Positions 45,901 to 59,290 of a stretch of DNA of 64,000 bases are shown here, piece after piece; position 1 is the stretch's first letter, and each line of letters opens with the position of its first letter. A model generated the notes under the pieces. That model did not search any database and was not told the DNA's origin. It worked only from the letters and a program-made list of their open reading frames with translations. Both the position numbers and the translations under genes were made by a program. The stretch covers positions 46,399,767-46,463,766 of the forward strand of contig NC_133617.1 in NCBI RefSeq assembly GCF_048593235.1, in the 5' to 3' direction. Source of the stretch: Sminthopsis crassicaudata. Taxonomy: Eukaryota.

Positions 45901-48900
45901 CCAATGATGGGCATCCATTCAATTTGTTGAGACAAGTCACTTAACTCTATTTGCCTGTGTTTCCTTCTCTGTAAAAATGAGCTGGAAAAGGAAGTGACAA
46001 ACCACTCCAAATGGGTTCGCAAGAAGTCAGAGACGACTAAATAATAAATTATATTGTAGTCTTTGCCTTCCTGTGTTTTTCACAAGAATAGAATAAGATA
46101 CTTTATCAAATACTTTGTTAAGATCCAAGGAAACTGTATCTTCAGTTTAAGTTACTCGTAACCCTTTTAGAAAAGGAAATAAAGTTAGTCTTGTATGATC
46201 TGTCCTTGATGAAGCTAAACTGATTCAATGTTTCTTTTCTGCATGTTTCAGAGTTTGGCGAGGAAGGAGCTTTCCTCAGGGGATCTCTTTCTGAAAGTGA
46301 TAGATGAATTCTTTCAATCAGTATTTCCTCCTCTATTTCTAGAATATTGGGGCAATTTTTCTTAATGTTTTCTTGTAGAATGTTATCTAGGCTCTTTTTT
46401 TTGGTCATGGCCTTCAGATAGGCCAATAATCTTTAAATTGTTTTTTCTAGATCTGTTTTTTTCAATGAGGTATTTCACATTTTCTTCCATTTTTTCATTC
46501 TTTTTAATTTGACTTATTCTTGCTGCCTCACACACTCATGAGTTGCCATTTTCCTGGTTCTCGTTTTTAATATGTTGTTTCTTCAGTTAGCTTTTGTATA
46601 TCTTTTTCCATGTAGTTAATTCTACTGTTTTAAGGAGTTGTTTCCTTCAGACAATTTTTTTTTCTTTTTTTAAGCTGTTGTTCTCTCTCATGCATACCTC
46701 TCATTTCCTTTCTTATTGCCTTTTAAAGTCTTTTATGAGCACTTTTAAGTATCTCTTTTTGGACTTGAAACCAATTCACATCACTCTTTGAGATTTCCTC
46801 TGTGGACATTCTGCCCTCATCTAAATTTGTGTTTTGGTCTGTCCTGCCCCCATAGTAGCTTTCTATGGTCAAGATTCTTTTCTGTTTCTTGCTTGTTTGC
46901 TTTCCTTTTCTTTTGGTATTTTGGTATTTCCTTTTTTTTTTTTTTTTTTTTTTTTTAATACTTTTATGGCTGAGTTCTGCTCCTGAACTAAAGAGGGCGC
47001 TGTCCGAAGTTTCTTCTTGTTCATCGTATAAAGATAAGCACAAGGATGAGCACAAGGAGCTCCTTGTGTTTGCAGGGATTTGCTTGCTCTTTTCAGGAGA
47101 CAGCCTGGTTTCCCAGAGTTTACCTTCTGAGCTGAGACTTGAAGCTCCCTCACTGATTTGCTCCTCTACTGAGCCAGGAATGAGGAATTTAGTTGCTGAT
47201 TTGCTGTGATTAAGACCCTCTCACTGGCTTACCCAGAATCCATTTGAGCTGGGCTGAACACCCTTTTCATCACAGTGATACTGACCTTTCTTGAATTGTA
47301 GAGTGGTTTCATTCCACCAAGCTCTGTTCAGAGATTTGGTTTCATGTGGGTTTTGAGGGAAACTAGGAGAGCTTGAGCAGTTGCCTGACTACTCCGCCAT
47401 CATGGCTCCACTCCTGGAAGTTTCTGGATATTTCCTAATCATCCTTTCACTGTTACATTTTAGAATTTTCCCAAGAATTGAAGTCAAGCTTAGTAAATTA
47501 AAAATTTCAGGTTTTGTTCTCTTGGTAAAAAGTGTCTTTTTGAACTTGGTGGGGGATGTTATAGAGGGGAGTCCTGTTTAGGTATGAGTTGAACTGGATT
47601 TGTTCTGAGCTTCTTGCTAAACTCAAGATTCTTAATTTTGAATAATTCAGTTTGTCTGAAGGAAGTAACATAAGATAAGATTGGAAAAACAGAGTGACCC
47701 AAGATTGGAGAGGGTCTTGCTTGTCAGACAAAATAGTTTTGACAAGGGAAACCTGAAACTGAAAGGAGGATCCGGAAACTCTCTGAAAACTCCTTCAAGG
47801 AGAAATTCTCCTTGAACTCTATCTCTGTGAGAGATTCCCCCTAGGGTTTATCTTGGTGGGACTAGTTGAAGTAATCTCATTTAGCTGGACATCTAGATTT
47901 CTATTGACCCCTATTGTTGGCTCAAAACCACTCCCAGTAAGTGGTCTCATCTAGGCCTGGGGGCAGTGACAGCATTGAGGGAATCTCATTCAATTGAAAC
48001 TTCTTTCTCAGATTTCCTTATAAAAATAGCAACTTGGGGCTTAGTCCTTGCAGAGGATCTAATATTCCATGCCAAGGAACCTCACCCTGGCATAGCTGCA
48101 GCCTCTGCCCACTGAAATTATATTCTTGTTCAGCACTACCCTCTCTTTATCTTTTTTACCTATTTTCTTAAGACTTTATACCTCTCTGTCTCTCTGCCAG
48201 GACCTTGCCACTAAGGATTTCAATCTTTCTATTCATACATAGCAAAGGCTGACTTCCCAATGCCAATAATAAACTTCTTTTTACCAGTCCAACGCGAATT
48301 CATAAATTCCTTTACAAAGGACCTCTGCACTGTCAAAAGGTGATTCTCACAACTCCCTACCTTGCGCTGAATCCTAAGGGAATTTAGAGGAACGAAACCT
48401 CTTCATTTGGTTCCCTGACCCCTGAACCTGCCTCTAACCTCATCATTTAACTCCCTGACCACCAGGTACCCTAACTCATCTTTTGGTTCCCTGACCAGAA
48501 TCCCGAAATCTAAAGCTCATTAGTTTGAACTTGGTAGCCTCTAAAGAGTTACTGAAGATCTTTGAATCAAGTGACATGAACAGAGACCTATTCATAAGGA
48601 AGGTTATTCTGAAAGTATGTAAAGGACGGTTTAAGGGTTAAAAAGCCTCTAGAAGCAAGGAATGCAGCTCAAGGCATGTGGGAGGACCTGAGAGATGAGA
48701 GGTACTGAGGTGCAGGCGAGGGCATAGCCCCAAGAGTAGTGTCTGACCCCAGGTACCTCGTGTCCCTCCTTAGTGCTCTCAAAACCTAACACACCTCCCT
48801 CCTTCTCAGGCCAATCCCAATAAGCCATGTTCCTCTGGTCCTCAGGGGGGAGATGCTATCTGAGAATAAAGTTCTCTTTCACTTCATCCTTACATCCTGG

Positions 48901-51900
48901 TGGTCTGTCTCTGTGGGATCTGGGTTGGTGCCCCGCCTAGTCATGCCTTCGAGGGACGGGCATTAAGAGTAGCTTAAAGGGGAGCTACTAGGTTAGAGTA
49001 GCATTAAGAGACAGCTACAGGATAGTTTAAAGGCAGGGAAAGAAGGGAATCAGAAATTCAATTCTATAAGCATTTAGTAAATATTTACTATGTACATACT
49101 GGGCACTATGCTAAGTGCTGGATAGAAAAACAATTTATTGTTTGTCCCTCAAGGATATAACAGTTTCTTGGGTGAGGTAGGATAGGTAAGGAGATACAAT
49201 GTAATAATGGGAAACACTAACAATTAGAGGAAACTAAAAAGTTCTGGAAATAGTAGTGCTTGAGCCAAGCTCTGAAGGAAAATAGGGGTACTGATGTGCA
49301 GAGGAGACAAGGTATAGCATGCCAGGCATGAGAGGTGTAGATGGAGGATATAGAATTTTATTCACAGGGAGCATCAACTAGGTCACTATGACTGGAGAGT
49401 AAAGTAACAGGGAATAATGTAAAACATTATAATATGGAAATTTGAAAGGAGATAGTAGAGCGGAATTGGAGAGGGCTTTAAATGCTCTACAGAAGTTAAG
49501 ATTTTATCTCAGAGGCAATGGGAAGCCACTGACACTTCCTCAGTTTGGGGAGTTTCAGTGGCTCTTTATTGATTCTGAAACAATGTGGTATAGTGGTTAG
49601 AGAACTAGAATCAGAGGTAGGCAGATTTGGATTCAAATCTAGCCTCACTAGCTATGTAGGCAAATCATTTACTCTCTCTGGGTTCGTTTCCTATGTTTTA
49701 GGAATATGAATCTGGTAACTGTAGAGGATGGATTGTAAGGGAGAATATCCACTCTTCAGACAAGGAGGCCAATTAGGAGGCCTAGGAAAGATAAGAGCTA
49801 GTTGCAGATTTTGGGGTCGGTCATCTGCATCGGGGAAGTAGATGAAATCTTGGAGGTGAATGAGATTGCCTGAGGAGAAAAGAAGAAAGCCCAGATTCCC
49901 TAGAAGTAACTATGTTAAGAGGTTGTGAAAAGTGAAGAGAAAGAACCTAGGCAGTGTAGAATTGGCCCATCTCTGCTGGGCCTCAACTTCCCCATCTGTA
50001 AAGCAAAGGAGGTTGAGCCTAATGGTCTCTGAAGCCTTCTAGTTCTAGAGCTGGGATCATAGGGTCTCCTATGATCCCTGTGCAGCCAAGGCTAGGATCC
50101 TGGATAGGCTTGAGGGGATTGGTAAATTTGGATGGGAAAAATCCTAATATTTTTATTTTCACTATTTTCATTTCCTTCAATGATATAAATATATTGTTTT
50201 GAGAAGGGCTTCATTAGGTTTCACCAGACAACAGAAGGGATGGTGGTACAGAATGGTTAAAACCCCTTGGTGTATAGCAGGGGTTCTCAAACTGTGGCCT
50301 GAGGGCCAGATGCGGCCCTCTGAGGACATTTATGTGGCCTGACAGGTTATGGCAAATGGGCTGAGGAGCAGAGACGAAGTGTGAGCTTTTGTTTTTACTA
50401 TAGTCCAGCCCTCCCACAGTCTGAGGGACAGTGAACTGGACTCCTATTTAAAAAGTTTGAGGACCACTGGTGAAGTTAAGGAAGAAAGGGACCAAGAAAA
50501 GTCCATTGGATTTGGCAGAACAGAAATTCATTGGTAATGGTGGAGAGAGCAATTCAGGAGGGTGTTAGGGGCCAACACTGGATTGCACTGGGGTTTACCT
50601 CACCAAATGTGAGGTGCCTGTTAATGTGCTTGGCTCTGAGTGAGGTATTGTGGGGGTAGAAAGACAAAAAACAGTGTCCCTGCCCTCAAGTGTATTTTCT
50701 CTTAAGGGTGGTAATGTGAATACAGCTTATACAAGGATAATTAGAGAGGGAAAGAGCCCTGGCAGTTGCAGGAAAAGATGCAGGGAGAGATAATAAAGAC
50801 TTGGAGGAATTCAGCATGGGTATATTCCAAAATATGTATTTTATTCTTCAAAATACATTTGTGGCTAAAGATATAATTTTTTAAATCGGTAAGAAAAAGA
50901 GATTTCATGACCATAGTCCAACATGGCTTTAAAAGACTAAAGAAATTTTCAATTATACATGGAAAGTAATGTAGCAAACTGCTTTCTCTCTTTTTTTTTC
51001 CTAATTATTAAAATGAAAAATGGGAACTTAAAATTTTACTTTCCAAAATAGGAAAATCCATGTTTCAATCTGAAATTCTACAAAGTGAGAATTGTTTTAT
51101 ATGCATTTGTTCATTAATCTTGAGAAATGATATCTAAGCTAGCTGCATGCTTCCTAGTTAGAGACAAGTCCAAAGTTACTCATTCTCTATGGGTGATGAT
51201 TATGATTTTTTAAAAAATTTATTCTTGTTTGACTAAAAGTCTTCTCTAGATGACTTTTTAAAAGAAGTTTGACTTTGAAGTGGGGTGGGGGTGGGGAGTA
51301 GAGGGAGGGGGAGAGACGTGACCTTAATTCTTTGTCCCTTTATAGATGGTGCTGTACCTCACCTTCCCAGTGGCCATGTTCTGGGTCTCCAACCAAGCTG
51401 ATTATTTTGAGGAATATGTTGTTCAGCGCAAGGTATATGAGGGGCTCAGGATGGAGGGGCCTGATGCATTCTTTGCAACAAAGTGGGGGACCCACTGGGA
51501 GAAGAACATACCCTATTTTCCACACTCTATGGCCTCAGAAGTCAGGCTTGCTGTGCTTTCCCAAATGATGATTGTACTTAATGGGGCATTGACATACCCT
51601 TGGACTTGGAATCTGGACAATCAGCTTCTCTTGCTAGCTCTGCTATTGACTTACTGTGTAGCTGCCAACTCTTTGTTATTTTCTACAATGGGAGGGCTGG
51701 ACTTCATGGTCCCTGAGGTTCCTTCTAGCTCTTATATTCACTACCAATCACACCCTCCATTCTATTCATCTAAGTAGCAGTAAGGACTGGAGGCAATATG
51801 GAGAAAGGTCAGAGGTCCTGAGAGGCCTCTTTGGCCTAGAAGAGGTCACTGTTCTTATTCTCCTGGCCCTGCTGGGGTAGGGGTGGGGAATGCCATGACT

Positions 51901-52480
51901 GTTTTGGTCTTCTCCCTCTCCTCCAGTGATTTCTTTTCTTTCTGCAGCGGGAGATCTTCCCTCCGGAACGAGAAGATCAGGTGAATCCTCGAATTTTCCC
52001 TGTCATATGAGTGTGTGTGGAATGGTTGAGTTGGGATGGCAGGTGGAAATATCTTTGGGGTCTGTCTCAGCTCTCACTCAGGGTAGGTGAAAGCCTAATT
52101 TCAGGTTAGAACTCCTTGGTTCAAACTCCTGCTGTAGTCTTAGGAAAAACTAGAGAATCCTCAGGAAGGAGCAGGTGAGAGACAAATTCTGATTGTATGT
52201 GGCTCCAGGAAGGAGTGCAGCCCAGGGGGGAAGCCTATGGAGATTGGAGGGAATTGGCTGGGGGTTTTTCTCTCACATGTACCTTACTCTTTCTTGCCCC
52301 TCCCACCATGTATTCTCCATTGGAGTGGGGCTGGCTTCTGGGGACCGTGGGCCAGGATAATAACTGCATTCTCTTCTGACATACTTTTCTAACCCATGTT
52401 AGCGCCGGGAGCTAGAAGATTTTAAGGAGCGAATGCGGAAGCAGCGTGAGGAGAGGCTACTCCGGACTGCCCAGCAGTGA
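42919..52480 (+). CDS. PET100: PET100 cytochrome c oxidase (complex IV) assembly chaperone, 4 exons, 74 aa
   Basis: Exons 42919-42945, 51346-51432, 51948-51980, 52403-52480, all phase 0 and GT-AG. Protein: MGVKLEVFRMVLYLTFPVAMFWVSNQADYFEEYVVQRKREIFPPEREDQRRELEDFKERMRKQREERLLRTAQQ. Confidence 0.95.
43988..44137 (-). mobile_element. WSINE1-type SINE inserted into an antisense L3/CR1 RT relic
   Basis: TSD atcct(a/g)tgcttt at 43976-43987 and 44138-44149. The flanking CR1 relic translates as MKFNMDKCKVLDLGLKNQLQKHRM. Confidence 0.85.
44801..45521 (+). mobile_element. 5'-truncated L1 (ORF2 C-terminus plus 3' UTR) nested in an older antisense L1 (about 44590-44800 and 45522-45920)
   Basis: Translates LLGLYPKEI...MFVAALFVV...CPSVGEWLNKLWYMNVMEYY. 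TSD aaaaat(t/c)agatcaa at 44787-44800 and 45522-45535. Confidence 0.85.
46210..47420 (-). mobile_element. L1 (or HAL1) ORF1 and 5' region relic
   Basis: ORF 46142..46426 contains LDNILQENIKKNCPNILEIEEEILIERIHLSLSERDP, a degenerate L1 ORF1 motif. Confidence 0.7.
47551..48523 (+). mobile_element. ERV LTR-like element ending in tandem tRNA-Glu PBS-like repeats
   Basis: TGTT start at 47557, TATAAAA at 48019-48025, AATAAA at 48268-48273, and TGGTTCCCTGACC at 48408 and 48484. Confidence 0.7.
48536..48962 (+). mobile_element. Second, older LTR-like segment; its left part may be 47451-47550
   Basis: AATAAA at 48865-48870 followed by a U5-like tract ending in ...GGCA. No convincing TSD. Confidence 0.4.
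50278..50469 (+). mobile_element. 192-bp non-autonomous hAT (Charlie/OC1-like) MITE, copy 2, in PET100 intron 1
   Basis: TIRs CAGGGGTTCTCAAACT / AGTTTGAGGACCACTG pair at 14 of 16 positions; 28 mismatches in 192 nt versus copy 1. Confidence 0.85.
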
Positions 52481-52898
52481 CCTGGGCTTTATCTGGAAAT
52501 TGAAGTGACCCATCCCTCCCCCCAAAGTCTGGATGCTGCACAGTAGAAATTGGGAGGTGGGCCTCTTATCTTACAAGGGGGCTCCTTCCATCCCTGTCTT
52601 CTGATGAGGAACTCGGGAAGTGCCATATCCTCTCCTCAGTCCCTGGCTCCACTGTACCTGTAGAAGCTTGTGGCCTTGAGAAATATCCCACCCGGACTAG
52701 TCCATCATAACCCAAACACATATTAACCCCATAACCTTCCCCACTTTGGTCCTTGTCTTTCAGGGCTCTAGCTAAAAGCTATCAGGATAACCATTCAAGG
52801 AGAGTTGAAAGAAAACCTTATATTCTTCTACCCCAATTCCTTAATCTAGTGACAATAACAACTCAGTTTGACCCCTCACTCAGTTTATGTGCAAGCCT

Positions 52899-52904
52899 TT
52901 TATT
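52899..52904 (-). terminator. PCP2 polyadenylation signal AATAAA
   Basis: TTTATT on the + strand, about 50 nt after the PCP2 stop. Confidence 0.8.
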
Positions 52905-52953
52905 TGGTGACATGGGACTGGTTGAGTGTGAAAACCAAGTCAGTCCCTAGCCT

Positions 52954-55414
<2,461 letters not shown>

Positions 55415-55439
55415 GGTCTGAAGCTGCACTGTCTGTTCT

Positions 55440-55995
55440 CTGGCATGAGAATGCGATGTGAATGATATAAATGCCTTGCCTTCCTGCACTGTCCCCACTC
55501 CTACTTCTGCCCCTAGGGACCCCTGAATCAGGATAGTTCTGGCTACAGCCATGTGGCTGCAGCTGGCTCTGGGGAGAGGCATCTGTTAGTGCCAACTTCA
55601 ATGGCCTAGATCAGAGGCTGAAGTAGATGTTTGGGAACAAGTTACTCCCTTGGGAGAGTTGAAACCTCCCCCTCCCCTAGTTTCCAGATTGCCGCTGACC
55701 CCCCTCCCCGTGACCTTGTGGCGTTCTCACTTTAACGGTCCTGCACCCAGGTATCTCTTTCCATCCTCCTCCCTCCCCCTCAAACTGGGAACTGGGTCAT
55801 TGGCCTCCTTTTTGGCTCTAAGCCTTTGGAGACACTGGCCTTGCTAATGAGATACCTGCTAATTAGAGTTATGTTGGTACAATCGGGAGATCTGAGACCT
55901 GGCAGGACATGGAGATCACAAGGGAGCACTAGGTGGGGTGGGAAAATGAAGGAGCTGCTCTGATGTTTTCACCTCCTGGGCTACTAATCCCCCAG
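55440..55995 (-). promoter_or_regulatory. PCP2 proximal promoter with ROR element, homeodomain sites and TATA-like box
   Basis: AACTGGGTCA at 55790-55799 (RORE-like), CTAATTAG at 55859-55866, TAATCC at 55985-55990, ATTTATAT on the - strand at 55465-55472. Confidence 0.6.
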
Positions 55996-56559
55996 ACCTT
56001 TCTGACCAAAATAGATCCCCTATTACCTCATTGGGAGCACTTGAATTTGCTGCTTTCTCCTTTTTCTCTTCCAGATCAGCCATCAGACTGGATCCCTAGG
56101 TAATTCCTTACTAGACCCCTTGCTCCCCCTCTTGTGTTCCCCTTCTGAGTTCTACCCCTAACTTGCTGCAGATGCCCGATTCTAACTCCCACTGTTGCTC
56201 TTGGCATCTGGAGTAGGACTTTTAAAGGGTGGGGGAACACCCACGATCCTCCCTCAAGCCCCAAATCCTAGACTCCATCTGGGAGTCCCCCCCTCTCCAT
56301 CTGCTCCCACCCAGACTAAGCCCCATAAAGATCATCCAGATAATTGTTTTTGTGGAACTACACTAGGTGATGGTTGGGGGTGAGATGCCCAGGCCTCCTC
56401 CCCCCCCCCCCCAACTTTACCTCATTCCCTGGGCCTGGCTCTCTCCCTCAGCACATGATTTCTACATTTTTTGACTTGTAGCCCTTTTCCTAAACTCACC
56501 TGTGCCATATACCCCAAAGTCACAGGATCTATACCCTTGCCCCTGCCCTAGCAGCTCAC

Positions 56560-56803
56560 CTGGGATAGCAGAGTCTGGGAGCAGGCGTACTGAAGGCTCA
56601 AGGTAGGGTCTCCCAGACACCTGGGGGGCAAGGCTGCATAGGGGGAGGCCAAGCGGGAGATGGCGTGGAGAAGACGGAGCCCATGGCCTCGTGGGCGGTG
56701 CCCAGAGCCTCTCTGTGGGAGAGAGAAATTGGAGATTTGCTCCTCACTTTACTCCCCAGCCCCAGTCCGCCCCAGCCCTCCTAACTTTTACCTGGGAATG
56801 CAT
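56560..56803 (-). CDS. Candidate upstream PCP2 exons (56792-56803 and 56560-56712) encoding a 55-aa N-terminal extension
   Basis: Predicted from splice signals and phase only; see findings. Confidence 0.35.
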
Positions 56804-58399
56804 CCTTCCCACAAAAAGCCTTTTCCTGCTGTATGAAGAGCTTTGAGAGTCAGGGCATCTTCCCTTGACTTTTCACTCTCACCTCCCCAAACAATGTCTC
56901 CTTTCTCTTCTGTCCACCTGTCCAAAGATATGGAGGGACCTTTCTGGTCAGACTGGTATTGGTTGACTCAGTCTCCTTGGTTATGCTTCCTTAGGGAATG
57001 GGATTATTCTCCTCCCTAGGGGGGTCTTTACCTCCTTATATACCCACAAGGGCCTTATTACCAGCTCTGTATAGCCTTTGGGTCCAAGCTTTGGAGTGGT
57101 TACTATAACAACCTGGCTAGGGGAAGAGCAGGAGCTGGAGGTACCCAAGATCTCCCTTCCTCATTTCCCCAAACTGCCAGAACCCCAAGATTTTCCAGCT
57201 CCTCAAACTGAAGTCTTCGAAATTCTATTTCCTGAATTCCCCATTCAGAACGGTGTGTGTGTGTGTGTGTGTAAGGTCTTGGGTCAGACCCTTTCATAGC
57301 AGAAGAAGATCGTGAATGCTGTCTTAAAGTGTTGGAGGTGCTGTTAGGGGACAGCAGTGTCATGAGGCCTTTATTTTCTGCATCATTTTTCATACAGTCT
57401 TGGCATGGAGAATAAGATACATAATTGCCCCCAGATACATACATTCTCCCTGATGACAAATCCCTCCACCTCCCCCTTCTTCAGGTGACTCCATGGTAGG
57501 TGCCTGGGGTTTTGACCACCCTTATCCTAACTCTTGGGATAGAAGGGGTTCTGGGGCCCTCCCTATAAAGGGGTTAGAATGTATGGCTGCCTTTCTGTAT
57601 GTGGGTCAGAAGTGGGAAGAAGCTGAATATCTAGTTCAATCACCTCATTTGAGAGAGGAGGAATCAGCCCCAGAGAGCGGCAGGGGGCTTCTCTGTGTGT
57701 GAGATAAACGCATTCCTGTGTCCTTTGCCCAGGTGAGCATACACTAGTGACTGTAGAACTGTGCCACTGTGTCTGTCCTTGAGACAGCTCACGAGGCAGC
57801 AGACTTGATGAAGCACACTTCTGCTTCTTAACAGAGAGGTGATTGACTCGGGGGGCAGAATGAGAACAAGTTTTTGGACCCGGCAAATACAGGAATTCGT
57901 TGTGCTTGACTGTGTATTTGTTAGGAGGGTTTTGTTTTGTTTTGTTTTTCCCTGTGGGAAAGGGGTGGTGGTTGGAAGGAGAAGAAATTAATTTGTTAAT
58001 TGAAAAAAAAAATTTTTTAAGAGGCAGTAATGGCTATAGTATTGGAGCTGGAGTTAGAAAGAGCTGGGTTTCCTTCCATTTCTGACACTCACCTTCTGTA
58101 TGGTCTTGGGTGAGGCTCTTAATGTCTTTAAATCAATAGTAAGGTTAGGTCTAGTAGAATGGGGTTTGTGTGAGTGTGTGAGAGAGACGGGCACAGTAAT
58201 TGTTGCACTGGCACAGTGGAGACAGTTAGTGACAGGAGGATATGGATTCTAGTCCTACCTCAGCTGAATACTGGCTGTGTGACTCTGGACACATCCCTTA
58301 GCCTTTCACTTCACTAGGCAGCTCTCTGACTATAAGAATAATGAACTTTTACATAGCACTCATAGGGGTTTCAATAGGCAGATCTACAATGAAATCAGC

Positions 58400-58814
58400 A
58401 AGAAAAGAAGGAAGGAAATAGAGTGGGAAGAAAGGAAAAAAAAGGAAGGTAGGAAGGAAGAANNNNNNNNNNNNNNNNNNNNNNNNNNNNNNNNNNNNNN
58501 NNNNNNNNNNNNNNNNNNNNNNNNNNNNNNNNNNNNNNNNNNNNNNNNNNNNNNNNNNNNNNNNNNNNNNNNNNNNNNNNNNNNNNNNNNNNNNNNNNNN
58601 NNNNNNGGGAAGAAAAGAGAGGAAGGGAAGGAGGGAAGAAAAGAGAGTAAGGAAAGGAGGGAAGAAAAGNNNNNNNNNNNNNNNNNNNNNNNNNNNNNNN
58701 NNNNNNNNNNNNNNNNNNNNNNNNNNNNNNNNNNNNNNNNNNNNNNNNNNNNNNNNNNNNNNNNNNNNNNNNNNNNNNNNNNNNNNNNNNNNNNNNNNNN
58801 NNNNNNNNNNNNNA
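58400..58814. repeat. Purine-rich (GGAA/GAAA-like) low-complexity tract with two assembly gaps (58463-58606 and 58670-58814)
   Basis: N runs of 144 and 145 nt flanked by GA-rich repeats. Confidence 0.9.
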
Positions 58815-58867
58815 ACTAACTGGGATGATACCAGTTGTGTTATATGACCCATAGGTAAATCTCTGAT

Positions 58868-59290
58868 TTTTAAAAAAAATTTTATTAAACTTTTTATTTT
58901 TAAAACACACGCATAGGTGATTCTCAACATTGAACTCGCAAAACCTTGTGTTCCACTTTTCCCCTCTCCCTCTCATTCCCTCCCCTGGACAGCACGTAAT
59001 CCAATATATGTTAAACATGTGCAATTCTTCTATACAAATTTCCACAATTATCTTGCTGCACAAGAAAAATCAGATCAAAAAGGAAAAAGAGAAAGAAAAC
59101 AAAAAGCAAGCAAACAACCGCGAAAGAAGTGAGAATGCTATGTTGTGATTCCCTCTCAGCCGCCAGTCTCTCCCCGGGTGCCCACGGCTCTCCCCATCAC
59201 AAGACCAGGGGAACGGCCTGAATCTCCTCGCTGTGGGAGAGCCGGTCCGTCAGAACGGATCTTTTCTAAACCAGTATTGATAACAGCGGT
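58868..59290 (-). mobile_element. L1 3' end relic abutting the STXBP2 CpG island
   Basis: aagaaaaatcagatcaaaaagg...gcaagcaaacaac; homologous to 45520-45730. Confidence 0.8.

Noticed and set aside
50800-51260. AT-rich block in PET100 intron 1
   Set aside because: No TIRs, poly(A)/TSD or ORF recognised; probably a decayed repeat that I cannot classify without a database search.
51433-51777. 143-aa ORF continuing PET100 exon 2
   Set aside because: Read-through of intron 2; canonical exons 3 and 4 exist downstream.
56598-56684. Alternative frame MGSVFS... with strong Kozak (GCCATGG) and a myristoylation-like start in the candidate PCP2 upstream exon
   Set aside because: It hits TGA after 28 codons, and its internal donor is phase 1, incompatible with exon 2. 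At most a uORF.
57103-57459. 118-aa minus-strand ORF as a PCP2 first exon
   Set aside because: No suitable donor; it runs through a CA microsatellite and has no homology.
58349-59063. 193-aa and 222-aa ORFs
   Set aside because: Artefacts of N gaps and low-complexity or L1 sequence.
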